Assembly (NCBI GenBank): GCA_964402895.1
Contig: CAYODR010000004.1
Span: 34,209-94,876 of the forward strand
DNA: 60,668 bases
Source: an uncultured Candidatus Saccharibacteria bacterium
GTDB lineage: Bacteria > Patescibacteriota > Minisyncoccia > Phycocordibacterales > UBA9973
Direction: 5' to 3'
A program made the translations under genes and the position numbers. Of this stretch, positions 8,395 through 16,271 are shown one piece after another. The notes beneath the pieces are model-generated. The model saw only the letters and a program-made list of their open reading frames with translations. It was not told the DNA's origin and did no database searches. Positions within the stretch are counted from its first letter, which is position 1, and every line of letters starts with the position of its first letter.

Positions 8395-8817
8395 ATGGCA
8401 AATATAACTAAGAAAATCAAACTTCAAGCAATGGGGGGGATGGCAACTCCAGCTCCACCGCTAGGTCCCGCACTCGGACAAGCAGGTATCAACATTGCAG
8501 ACTTCGTGCAAAAGTTTAATGCTGCTACTCAAGAGCAAAAAGGTGAAAAGGTAGGTATTAAAATCAATGTTTATGATGATCGTTCATATGATTTTGTTGT
8601 GACTACTCCACCTGTTGCATCACTTCTTTTAAAGGCTGCTGGTATACAGAAGGGTTCTTCAAAACCAAGAACATCTAAAGCTGGGAAAATAACTAAAGCT
8701 CAACTTCAGGAAATAGCAGAAAGAAAAATGCCTGACCTTAATGCAAACGATATAGAAGCTGCGATGAAGATTGTTGCAGGATCAGCTAGATCAGCAGGAA
8801 TTGAGATTGTAGACTAA
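8395..8817 (+). CDS. rplK: 50S ribosomal protein L11
   Basis: PAPPLGPALGQAGINI..F...FN motif. Confidence 0.95.
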   Translation: MANITKKIKLQAMGGMATPAPPLGPALGQAGINIADFVQKFNAATQEQKGEKVGIKINVYDDRSYDFVVTTPPVASLLLKAAGIQKGSSKPRTSKAGKITKAQLQEIAERKMPDLNANDIEAAMKIVAGSARSAGIEIVD

Positions 8818-8825
8818 AAAATAAG

Positions 8826-8858
8826 AGACCGTTCGCTGGGTGCGAACGGCCTTTATTT
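8826..8858. terminator. bidirectional intrinsic terminator between rplK and folA
   Basis: CCGTTCGC-tgggt-GCGAACGG with T-runs on both strands. Confidence 0.75.
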
Positions 8859-9374
8859 TTAGGGACGAGTATACACAACTATTTTAAAATCGTGTGAATT
8901 CTCTTCATTTTTTTTGTAAGATAAAGAAATTTCTTCATTCCACTTATTTTTATCAAAATGGAAAAAAGTATCCCCCTCAAAACTACCTTCAACTTCGGTG
9001 GCTATGATTTTGTCTACAATATCTAGCTCCAAAGCTAACTTATAGATTTCTCCGCCACCGATGATGAAGACCTCTTCTGAAAGCTCAGATGCTTTTTTTA
9101 TCCCACTTAAGAAATCTGTAAATACATAAGTATCATCATTTGCTGTAGGCGGGGCATATGCGCCGTCTCTTGTGCAGATGATATTGAATCTGCCTGGTAG
9201 AGGTTTTTTCCCAGGTAAAGATTCAAATGTTTTTCTGCCCATGTTTACAGATTTTCCTTTTGTGAATTTTTTAAAGTTCTTCAAATCTTCCCGAAGGTTC
9301 CAGCCGGGGAGATCGCCATTGCTGCCTATTACACCACCAGGTCCATAAGCAACTATTAAAAATATCTTTGCCAT
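8859..9374 (-). CDS. folA: dihydrofolate reductase
   Basis: IVAYGPGGVIGSNGDLPW-like N-terminus, MGRKTFESLPGKKPLPGRFNI, and IIGGGEIY. Confidence 0.9.
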   Translation of the reverse strand: MAKIFLIVAYGPGGVIGSNGDLPGWNLREDLKNFKKFTKGKSVNMGRKTFESLPGKKPLPGRFNIICTRDGAYAPPTANDDTYVFTDFLSGIKKASELSEEVFIIGGGEIYKLALELDIVDKIIATEVEGSFEGDTFFHFDKNKWNEEISLSYKKNEENSHDFKIVVYTRP

Positions 9375-9621
9375 ATTGTTTTATTTGGTTTTTTATTGAT
9401 ATTACATATTTTAGAAAATAATACAAATATTTGACCTTGTTTCAAGTATCAATAATATTAGCTTAAATAACTAACTTGAAACTTAAATAATATAAATATG
9501 GAAAAAGGAGCACTACCGGAGTCTGTATATGCTTATGCAAATCCAGACTTCGGTCTAATTATCAAAACCAGATAGGACCGAATTTGGCAAAGCAATTTGT
9601 TATCTAAAATCATTGAAATTC

Positions 9622-9650
9622 AAAAGCCCGAATCATAGATTCGGGCTTTT
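9622..9650 (-). terminator. hairpin/terminator downstream of thyA
   Basis: AAAAGCCCGAATC-ata-GATTCGGGCTTTT (near-palindromic). Confidence 0.6.
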
Positions 9651-9668
9651 AGCTTATAAGCTAAAAAT

Positions 9669-10496
9669 TTACACAGCTACATTTCCAGCAATGTGCGGAT
9701 GGCATTGATAATCAACAATTTGGAAATCTTCATACTTGAAATCAAATATGTTTTTGACCTCAGGGTTGAGAATCATTTTTGGAAGCGGGTAAGGCTCCCT
9801 AGTCAGCTGTAAATCAGTTTGCTCTTCGTGGTTCAAGTATATGTGAGTATCTCCACCAGTCCAGATTAAGTCTCCGGCTTTGTAGCCGGTCACTTGGGCA
9901 AACATCATCAAAAATAATGCTTCTGCGGAAATATTGAACGCTAATCCTAGAAACGTATCAACACTTCTTTGATACACCGAAAGATTCAATTTGTTGTCAT
10001 GGACCTCAAATTGATAAAAGCACGGGCATGGTGGTAATTTTTGATACGGTACATCATGCGGGTTCCAGAGTGTCATTATTAGACGTCTAGAATCGGGAGT
10101 GTTTTTTATCGCATCTTGCAACCATGATATTTGGTCATATCCAGTAATTTCTGGGTAAGGGAAATTACTTAATTGATTTTCTGGTACAAAACCAAAATTT
10201 CTCATTTGATGCCCATAAACCCTACCAACATCTCCATTTTCATCTGCCCATTCATCCCAGATAGTTACACCATTATCATTTAGGTATTTGATATTGGTAT
10301 CACCAGAGATTTTCCACAAAAGTTCATGTATGACTGATTTTAGGTGAACTTTTTTTGTTGTCACCATTGGAAATCCTTCGCTTAAATCAAAGCGCATTTG
10401 ATGTCCAAAAATACTTTTCGTACCAACACCGGTACGATCAGTTTTAACTGTACCATTATCTTTAATATGGCGTAGTAATTCCAGATACTGCTTCAT
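9669..10496 (-). CDS. thyA: thymidylate synthase (ThyA type)
   Basis: MKQYLELL..I...G, DRTGVGT.S.FG, and [10 protein letters not shown] with the active-site Cys. Confidence 0.95.
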   Translation of the reverse strand: MKQYLELLRHIKDNGTVKTDRTGVGTKSIFGHQMRFDLSEGFPMVTTKKVHLKSVIHELLWKISGDTNIKYLNDNGVTIWDEWADENGDVGRVYGHQMRNFGFVPENQLSNFPYPEITGYDQISWLQDAIKNTPDSRRLIMTLWNPHDVPYQKLPPCPCFYQFEVHDNKLNLSVYQRSVDTFLGLAFNISAEALFLMMFAQVTGYKAGDLIWTGGDTHIYLNHEEQTDLQLTREPYPLPKMILNPEVKNIFDFKYEDFQIVDYQCHPHIAGNVAV

Positions 10497-10597
10497 TTTT
10501 TGTATAATTTAAGTGAAAAAACATTTTTTAATACCTTATATAATTCTATACATGAAGTCAACATTGCTAATATTTGGTAGGGTGGTATTATTCAAAT

Positions 10598-12295
10598 ATG
10601 CAAAAAGACATCTCTAAAATAATAGAAAATGCCATAAAAAATCTATACGAATTAAAGAAAGTTATAGTTATAGAAAAACCAAAAGACCTCTCTATGGGAG
10701 ACTACACTTCCAATATATCTTTTATTTTAGCAAAAGAAATAAATAAAAGTCCTATAGTAATCGCTGAGGAAATAGTAGGAGAAATAAATAAAAGTATTGA
10801 TAATTCAAATATTGAAAGCGCTTCTGCTATTTCTGGTTTTATAAATTTTTCTTTGTCAAAAAGTTTTTTTAATCAAGTCTTAGATCAAATTTTAAGAGAG
10901 GGGGACTCTTTTGGGGAAAGTGATATTTATAATGGAAAGAATATTTTAGTAGAACACTCAAGTCCAAATCTTTTTAAGCCATTTCATATTGGACATATGA
11001 TGAATAACACTATCGGAGAGTCTTTAGTCAGGCTTGCACAATTTTCTGGTGCAAAAGTTTATACAATGTCTTTTCCTTCTGATATTTCACTTGGAGTTGC
11101 CAAAGCTATATTTATTCTTTTAGAAGAGGATGGAGATATTACTATTCAAAAACTGGGTGATGCATATGTAAAGGGTACACAGAGGTATAAAGATGATGAA
11201 TCTGTACAAATTAGAGTTAAGGAGATTGCAGATAATCTATATACACAGAAAGATTCTGCTGAGTGGTCTTTGTATCAAAAATGTAAAAAAATAAATATAG
11301 AATATTTTGAAAAAATTCTTTTAAGACTAGGCACTACTTTTGATGAATATATATATGAAAGTGAGGCGGGTATAGAAGGAAAAGAAATTGTAAAAAAATA
11401 CACGCCAGGTGTATTTACTGAGAGCGAAGGTGCGATAGTTTATGTGCCGAGTGAAGAAAGAAAAGATATTAATACTTCAGTTTTTATAAATTCTCAAGGA
11501 AATCCTACATACGAAGCAAAAGATATTGGATTGCTTAAATTAAAATTTGATAAATATAATCCAGATAAATCCATCTTTGTCACAGATATAGAACAAATAC
11601 CGCACTTTAAAGTTGTGCTTGATGCAGCAAATCATATCAATAAAGAGTGGTCAGAAAAAAGTATACATGTATCTCATGGAAGAATGAGTTTTAAGGGACA
11701 AAAAATGTCTTCAAGACTTGGCGGTGTACCTTTGGTAGAAGAAATGATTGCTGTAGTTGCAGAAGAAGTCTTTACGCGCTCAGTAAAAAAGTTGTCTATA
11801 GATACTGCAGATATGATCGCTATTTCAGCAATTAAATTTGCTATTTTGCGTGCTGCTGCAGGTAAGAATATAAACTTTGATCCTGAGACTTCACTTTCTT
11901 TTGAGGGGGATTCTGGCCCTTATCTACAATATAGTGCGGTGCGGGCAAAATCTATTCTTACAAAAGGAAATAAAAACTTTTTTGCTAATTTAAAAAATCT
12001 TTTTAGAATTAAAAATACTCTAAATACTCCTGAAAGTTGGAATACAATAATGCTTGAAAAAAATCTTATTCATTTTCCTTATGCAATAGAGAAATCTATT
12101 TATGATTGGTCGCCGCACCACTTAGTAGCATATCTACTTGAACTTGCTCAAAGCTTTAATGCTTGGTATGGAAATACAAAAATCGTAGATGGTACAAAAG
12201 AAGAAGCTTATAAAATAAAAATCACAAAAGCTTTTTTACAAGTAATGAAGAATGGTCTAAACCTACTCGCTATTAAAATTCCTGAAAGGATGTAA
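10598..12295 (+). CDS. argS: arginine--tRNA ligase
   Basis: SSPNLFKPFHIGHMMN (HIGH), a DALR-type C-terminal domain, and MSSRLGG. The start was set to the first ATG. Confidence 0.9.
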   Translation: MQKDISKIIENAIKNLYELKKVIVIEKPKDLSMGDYTSNISFILAKEINKSPIVIAEEIVGEINKSIDNSNIESASAISGFINFSLSKSFFNQVLDQILREGDSFGESDIYNGKNILVEHSSPNLFKPFHIGHMMNNTIGESLVRLAQFSGAKVYTMSFPSDISLGVAKAIFILLEEDGDITIQKLGDAYVKGTQRYKDDESVQIRVKEIADNLYTQKDSAEWSLYQKCKKINIEYFEKILLRLGTTFDEYIYESEAGIEGKEIVKKYTPGVFTESEGAIVYVPSEERKDINTSVFINSQGNPTYEAKDIGLLKLKFDKYNPDKSIFVTDIEQIPHFKVVLDAANHINKEWSEKSIHVSHGRMSFKGQKMSSRLGGVPLVEEMIAVVAEEVFTRSVKKLSIDTADMIAISAIKFAILRAAAGKNINFDPETSLSFEGDSGPYLQYSAVRAKSILTKGNKNFFANLKNLFRIKNTLNTPESWNTIMLEKNLIHFPYAIEKSIYDWSPHHLVAYLLELAQSFNAWYGNTKIVDGTKEEAYKIKITKAFLQVMKNGLNLLAIKIPERM

Positions 12296-12315
12296 TAAAA
12301 AATATTCAAAACTCA

Positions 12316-12547
12316 AAACCAAATATGTCTTTCTGGGGGCACGTGTATTTTTCTGAGGAAAAACCGCTATTCTCGGCTCAGTCAGCCTGCGAAAGTCCCC
12401 CAGAAAGACATATTTGTTTTTTCATTTTGTGTAAGTAATAAAGCGAAAAAATACATTACTATTTTTAGACTTTCGCAGCGCGACTGGCGCGAGAACAGGA
12501 AAATCTTAGCAAAGATTTATCCGTGTCTAAAAATAGTAATGTATTTT
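12316..12547. repeat. modular palindromic intergenic repeat, locus 2 (two long hairpins)
   Basis: Arm 12321-12339 is the exact reverse complement of 12397-12415 (19 bp, 57-nt loop). Arm 12448-12470 is the exact reverse complement of 12525-12547 (23 bp, 54-nt loop). The sequence modules are shared with the 7.5 kb and 31.2 kb loci. Confidence 0.9.
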
Positions 12548-12660
12548 GAAGCGCTATATATTTTTTTCATATAACTTTAAAAAATGATTTTAATAGTAAT
12601 TGCTTGAAAATAATGTCTTTTTAAGATACAGTATTTTCATTATTGTTAATAAATAAAAAT

Positions 12661-13260
12661 ATGCATCCAAAGAAAGAAAGAAGCTTTGTTATTATTAAGC
12701 CAGATGGGGTACAGAGATCTCTTATCGGAGAGATAGTTTCTCGTTTTGAGCGTGCAGGATTAAAGATTGTAGGTTTGAAGTTTGGAATGCTAGATAGTGA
12801 AAAAATCTGGCAACATTACTCAAAAGACGATATTTGGTTTAAATCAAAAGGTGAGGGTATCGTCAAGTCTCGCACAGACGCTGGTCTTCCTATTGAAAAA
12901 GAAGCCATAGAATATGGTAAAGATATCATTCGTGCACTTGAGAAATTTATGACAGCTGGCCCAGTTGTTTCTATGGTTCTAGAGGGTAATCAGGCTGTAG
13001 TTGTAGTAAAGAAGCTTGTAGGGGGTACAGAGCCTGCTACATCTGATGTTGGGACTATTAGAGGGGATTTTACGCTTGATTCATATGATATGGCGACAAT
13101 TGATGATCGTGCAGTACGCAACCTTATACACTGCTCAGATAAAGTAGAAGAAGCAGAGAGAGAAATTGCGCTTTGGTTTGATGAAAAAGAAATGCTTTCA
13201 TATAGACATATCAGAGAAAGTATTCTTTATGATGTAAATTTGGACGGTATTCTTGAATAA
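12661..13260 (+). CDS. ndk: nucleoside-diphosphate kinase, long variant (199 aa)
   Basis: ERSFVIIKPDGVQR, GPVVSMVLEG, GTIRGDF, and active-site NLIHCSD. Confidence 0.85.
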   Translation: MHPKKERSFVIIKPDGVQRSLIGEIVSRFERAGLKIVGLKFGMLDSEKIWQHYSKDDIWFKSKGEGIVKSRTDAGLPIEKEAIEYGKDIIRALEKFMTAGPVVSMVLEGNQAVVVVKKLVGGTEPATSDVGTIRGDFTLDSYDMATIDDRAVRNLIHCSDKVEEAEREIALWFDEKEMLSYRHIRESILYDVNLDGILE

Positions 13261-13306
13261 GGATATAGATAAAGATTTTGAGACAATAACTTTTTTTACT
13301 GTCTAC

Positions 13307-13334
13307 TTGTATCAAACTCGTAGTAGTCTATAAT
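13307..13334 (+). promoter_or_regulatory. sigma70-type promoter
   Basis: TTGTAT-N16-TATAAT. Confidence 0.6.
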
Positions 13335-13340
13335 GAAAGT

Positions 13341-13531
13341 ACGGCTATTGATTTATAGTATCGAGAACATCATCTTATGGGCATTCGTGTGATAAGATTT
13401 TACGTCAGATTTTTATAAACGCGGCGTAGATTTTATCTAGATAGCCCACTTAAATATAGTGCTGCGGTACTATACCTCAATAGCCGTAATGACGAACCCA
13501 TTCATGCAAATGAATGGGTTCGTCTGTTTTT
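13341..13531 (+). ncRNA. candidate structured RNA of about 190 nt (unknown class: stand-alone sRNA or cis-leader of the downstream membrane-protein gene)
   Basis: It starts about 7 nt after the TATAAT. A long closing stem pairs ACGGCTATTGA..TATAGTA (13341-) with TACTATA..TCAATAGCCGT (-13488). A 14-bp GC-containing terminator hairpin lies at 13491-13524, followed by TGTTTTT. Confidence 0.45.
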
Positions 13532-13608
13532 ATCTATAAAAATACTATTGTGAATGAATATTGGAATTAGTAGATGCAAAAAGTTTTTTTATCATATACA
13601 ATCAAAAT

Positions 13609-14019
13609 ATGAATAGGAATATTTTAGCCAAAAAATCTTTAATTTTAATACTCTTGGTCTCGGGGCTGCACTTTTTGGCTGAGGTATTTTATTGGTATGT
13701 ATCTATTTGGTGGTTTGATAATTTAATGCATTTCTTAGGGGGATTATTTTTAGCGTTCTTTAGTGCAACTATTTTTTATAAGTATTTAAAAGATAAGAAT
13801 AACCGAAAAATATTTTTTTCAATTATGTTTTTTGTTATATTGATTGGTCTTGGTTGGGAGCTATTTGAATACGCTGTACAGTATTTTATTAAAGGATCAC
13901 ATCGGCTTGCCGATATAACAGACTCTTTTTTTGATATGATTTTTGATATTTTGGGCGGAGCACTTGGAATTCTTTTTGTGCTTAAAGAAAAGTCGGGGTA
14001 CAATATAAGGCATGAGTAA
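13609..14019 (+). CDS. small integral membrane protein (about 4 TM, possibly VanZ-like)
   Basis: Hydrophobic segments and a C-terminal D..D..FD.LGG.LG pattern. The start was set to the internal ATG. Confidence 0.6.
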   Translation: MNRNILAKKSLILILLVSGLHFLAEVFYWYVSIWWFDNLMHFLGGLFLAFFSATIFYKYLKDKNNRKIFFSIMFFVILIGLGWELFEYAVQYFIKGSHRLADITDSFFDMIFDILGGALGILFVLKEKSGYNIRHE

Positions 14020-15388
14020 GAAACTTAAACTTACATTTGCAGGTGGGGCAGGGTCTGTAACTGGCTCCAACTTTTTATTAGAAGGAAAAGATGGAGAGCG
14101 TGAAGTAAAATTTTTAATTGATTGCGGGCTTTCACAAGGGTCTCGTGATATGGAAGATAAGAATTGGGAACCTTTTTCCTATGACCCAAAGACGATAGAT
14201 ATTCTTTTTGTGACCCATGCACATATAGATCATATTGGTAGAATACCTAAGCTTATATATGATGGTTTTGATGGAGAGATTGTTTCAACTATACCGACAA
14301 AGGATTTATCAGAACTTATGCTTGAAGATACTTCAAATATTCTTTCAAAAGATGATAATGAATTGGTACCAAAGATTTATAGTAAAAGTGTATTAGAAAA
14401 AGTCTTTCAGAAATGGAAAGTCGTTGATTATAAACAAGAATATAGATTTGGAGAATTTATTTTTAGATTTATAGATGCTGGGCATATTTTGGGGTCTGGG
14501 ATGCTTGAGATTATTTATAATAATAAAAAGATAATTTTTACAGGAGACTTGGGGAATTCACCTTCGCCACTGCTTAAAGATACTGAAAGAATCAGAAATG
14601 TAGATTACTTAATCATGGAAAGTGTATATGGTGATAGAAACCATCCTGAGAGAAGTGAGAGAAGAAATCGACTTGAAAAAAATATTGAAGATAATTATAA
14701 ACGAAGTGGAGCACTTTTGATACCCACTTTTTCACTAGAAAGATCGCAAGAGCTTTTGTTTGAAATAAATGAATTAGTTGAGAATGAAAGAATACCTCAG
14801 ATGCCTGTTTTTTTTGATTCGCCTCTAGCTATTAAGCTTACAAAAATTTATCAAAAGTATTCTCAATACTTCAATGCATTAGCTAGAAAATTAATTTCAG
14901 AAGGGGATGACATTTTTAATTTCAAAGGCTTAAAAAATACTCTTGAAACCGAAGAGTCAAAAGAAATTGTTCGGATGTCAAATCCTAAAATAATTATTGC
15001 GGGTAGTGGGATGAGTAACGGAGGAAGAATACTTCATCATCATATAAATCATTTACCAGATCCAAATAGCACACTGGTCTTAACCGGATATCAAACAGCT
15101 GGGACATTAGGAAGGCTTATACAAGATGGTGCAAAACAGGTGAGAATAAATGGGCAAGATGTAGAAGTTAGAGCGCATGTTAAATTTATTACGGGATATT
15201 CTGGTCATAAAGATTCTGATAGATTGGTGGATTTTGTATCAGACACAGCAGACACTTTGAAGAAAGTTTTCGTGGTGATGGGTGAACCTAAGTCTTCACT
15301 TTTCTTGACACAAAGATTAAGAGATTATCTTGGGGTAATGGCTTATGCGCCAGACGAGAAAGATGTGGTAGAATTAGATTGTAATTAA
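14012..15388 (+). CDS. MBL-fold beta-CASP family hydrolase (RNA-metabolising nuclease type)
   Basis: THAHIDHIGR (HxHxDH) and downstream beta-CASP-like blocks (GDLG, ESVYGDR, ..GYSGHKD). Confidence 0.8.
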   Translation: MSKKLKLTFAGGAGSVTGSNFLLEGKDGEREVKFLIDCGLSQGSRDMEDKNWEPFSYDPKTIDILFVTHAHIDHIGRIPKLIYDGFDGEIVSTIPTKDLSELMLEDTSNILSKDDNELVPKIYSKSVLEKVFQKWKVVDYKQEYRFGEFIFRFIDAGHILGSGMLEIIYNNKKIIFTGDLGNSPSPLLKDTERIRNVDYLIMESVYGDRNHPERSERRNRLEKNIEDNYKRSGALLIPTFSLERSQELLFEINELVENERIPQMPVFFDSPLAIKLTKIYQKYSQYFNALARKLISEGDDIFNFKGLKNTLETEESKEIVRMSNPKIIIAGSGMSNGGRILHHHINHLPDPNSTLVLTGYQTAGTLGRLIQDGAKQVRINGQDVEVRAHVKFITGYSGHKDSDRLVDFVSDTADTLKKVFVVMGEPKSSLFLTQRLRDYLGVMAYAPDEKDVVELDCN

Positions 15389-15403
15389 TTTAGATAAATA
15401 AAA

Positions 15404-16057
15404 ATGGAAGATAATCACGATAAGAAAAGATACTATTATAATGGCCCAATTGATTTTAAAGATAAGAAAGGTTTTTTAAGAGCAAAGATTGGTGTTAGTG
15501 GAGCAGCTGAGACTGGGCATTGTGGATTGGGCGCACTTGAATCAGCAAAAGAGCTCGGTAGAGAAATTGTAAGACAAGGGGGAATCTTAATTACCGGTGC
15601 TACTACTGGCTTTCCACTTTGGTCTGCGATGGGCACAAAAGATGAGGGCGGTGTATCTATTGGATTTTCTCCGGCAGCTACTCAAAAGGAACATCTGGAG
15701 ACATATCGTTTACCAATAGATTATATGGATCTAGTTGTCTATACTGGATTTGGATTTCCTGGAAGAGATATTCTCTTTACTAGAAGTTGTGATGCGGTGA
15801 TTATAGGTTGTGGTAGAATCGGCACACTTCATGAATTTACTGTAGCCTATGAAGACAACAAGCCGATAGGTGTGCTTGAGGGTCCTTGGACTATGGATGA
15901 GCAGATTAGAGATATCATGGATAAGAGTAATCGTCCTTCTGATCGGGTCATATATGATAGTGACCCCAAGGTTTTGATTGAGAAGCTTATGAAGATTATA
16001 GAAAAAGACCGTGAAGAAGGAGTAGAGCTTTACATTTCAGAAGTAAAGTCCGGGTAG
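15404..16057 (+). CDS. LOG/TIGR00725-like Rossmann-fold nucleotide-binding protein
   Basis: IGVSGAAETG...ELGREI...GGILITGATTG...GG.SIGFSP...GRIGTLHEF. Confidence 0.55.
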   Translation: MEDNHDKKRYYYNGPIDFKDKKGFLRAKIGVSGAAETGHCGLGALESAKELGREIVRQGGILITGATTGFPLWSAMGTKDEGGVSIGFSPAATQKEHLETYRLPIDYMDLVVYTGFGFPGRDILFTRSCDAVIIGCGRIGTLHEFTVAYEDNKPIGVLEGPWTMDEQIRDIMDKSNRPSDRVIYDSDPKVLIEKLMKIIEKDREEGVELYISEVKSG

Positions 16058-16094
16058 TAGTCAAAAGATATTTTTTTTGATAAGATAAGATTAA

Positions 16095-16262
16095 TTATGC
16101 GATGAAGGGGATATCACCCCAGAGCACTGAGAAGAAACCTTAAATGGAAGTAGAACTCAGCGGGTATGCCCGTTATAGCGGTAATGAAGTACAAAATACG
16201 GTGGTACCGCGGTTATAAATCGCCCGTAAAACTCCTAAGAGTTTTACGGGCGATTTAATTTT
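16095..16262 (+). promoter_or_regulatory. T-box riboswitch leader of ileS
   Basis: The T-box core GGTGGTACCGCG lies at 16200-16211. It overlaps an alternative pairing with the terminator CGCCCGTAAAACTC-ctaa-GAGTTTTACGGGCG (16221-16252). A candidate specifier AUC followed by A lies at 16113-16116. Confidence 0.85.
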
Positions 16263-16271
16263 AAAAACAAC

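Noticed and set aside
9375-9668. 294-nt thyA-folA spacer containing a 25-codon plus-strand ORF (9498-9575) and an AGAC-TTCG-GTCT hairpin
   Set aside because: The ORF has no recognisable promoter or SD and no informative sequence. The spacer is adequately explained by the thyA terminator (9622-9650) plus a folA promoter (TTGAAA-N16-TATTAT on the minus strand, about 9404-9431).
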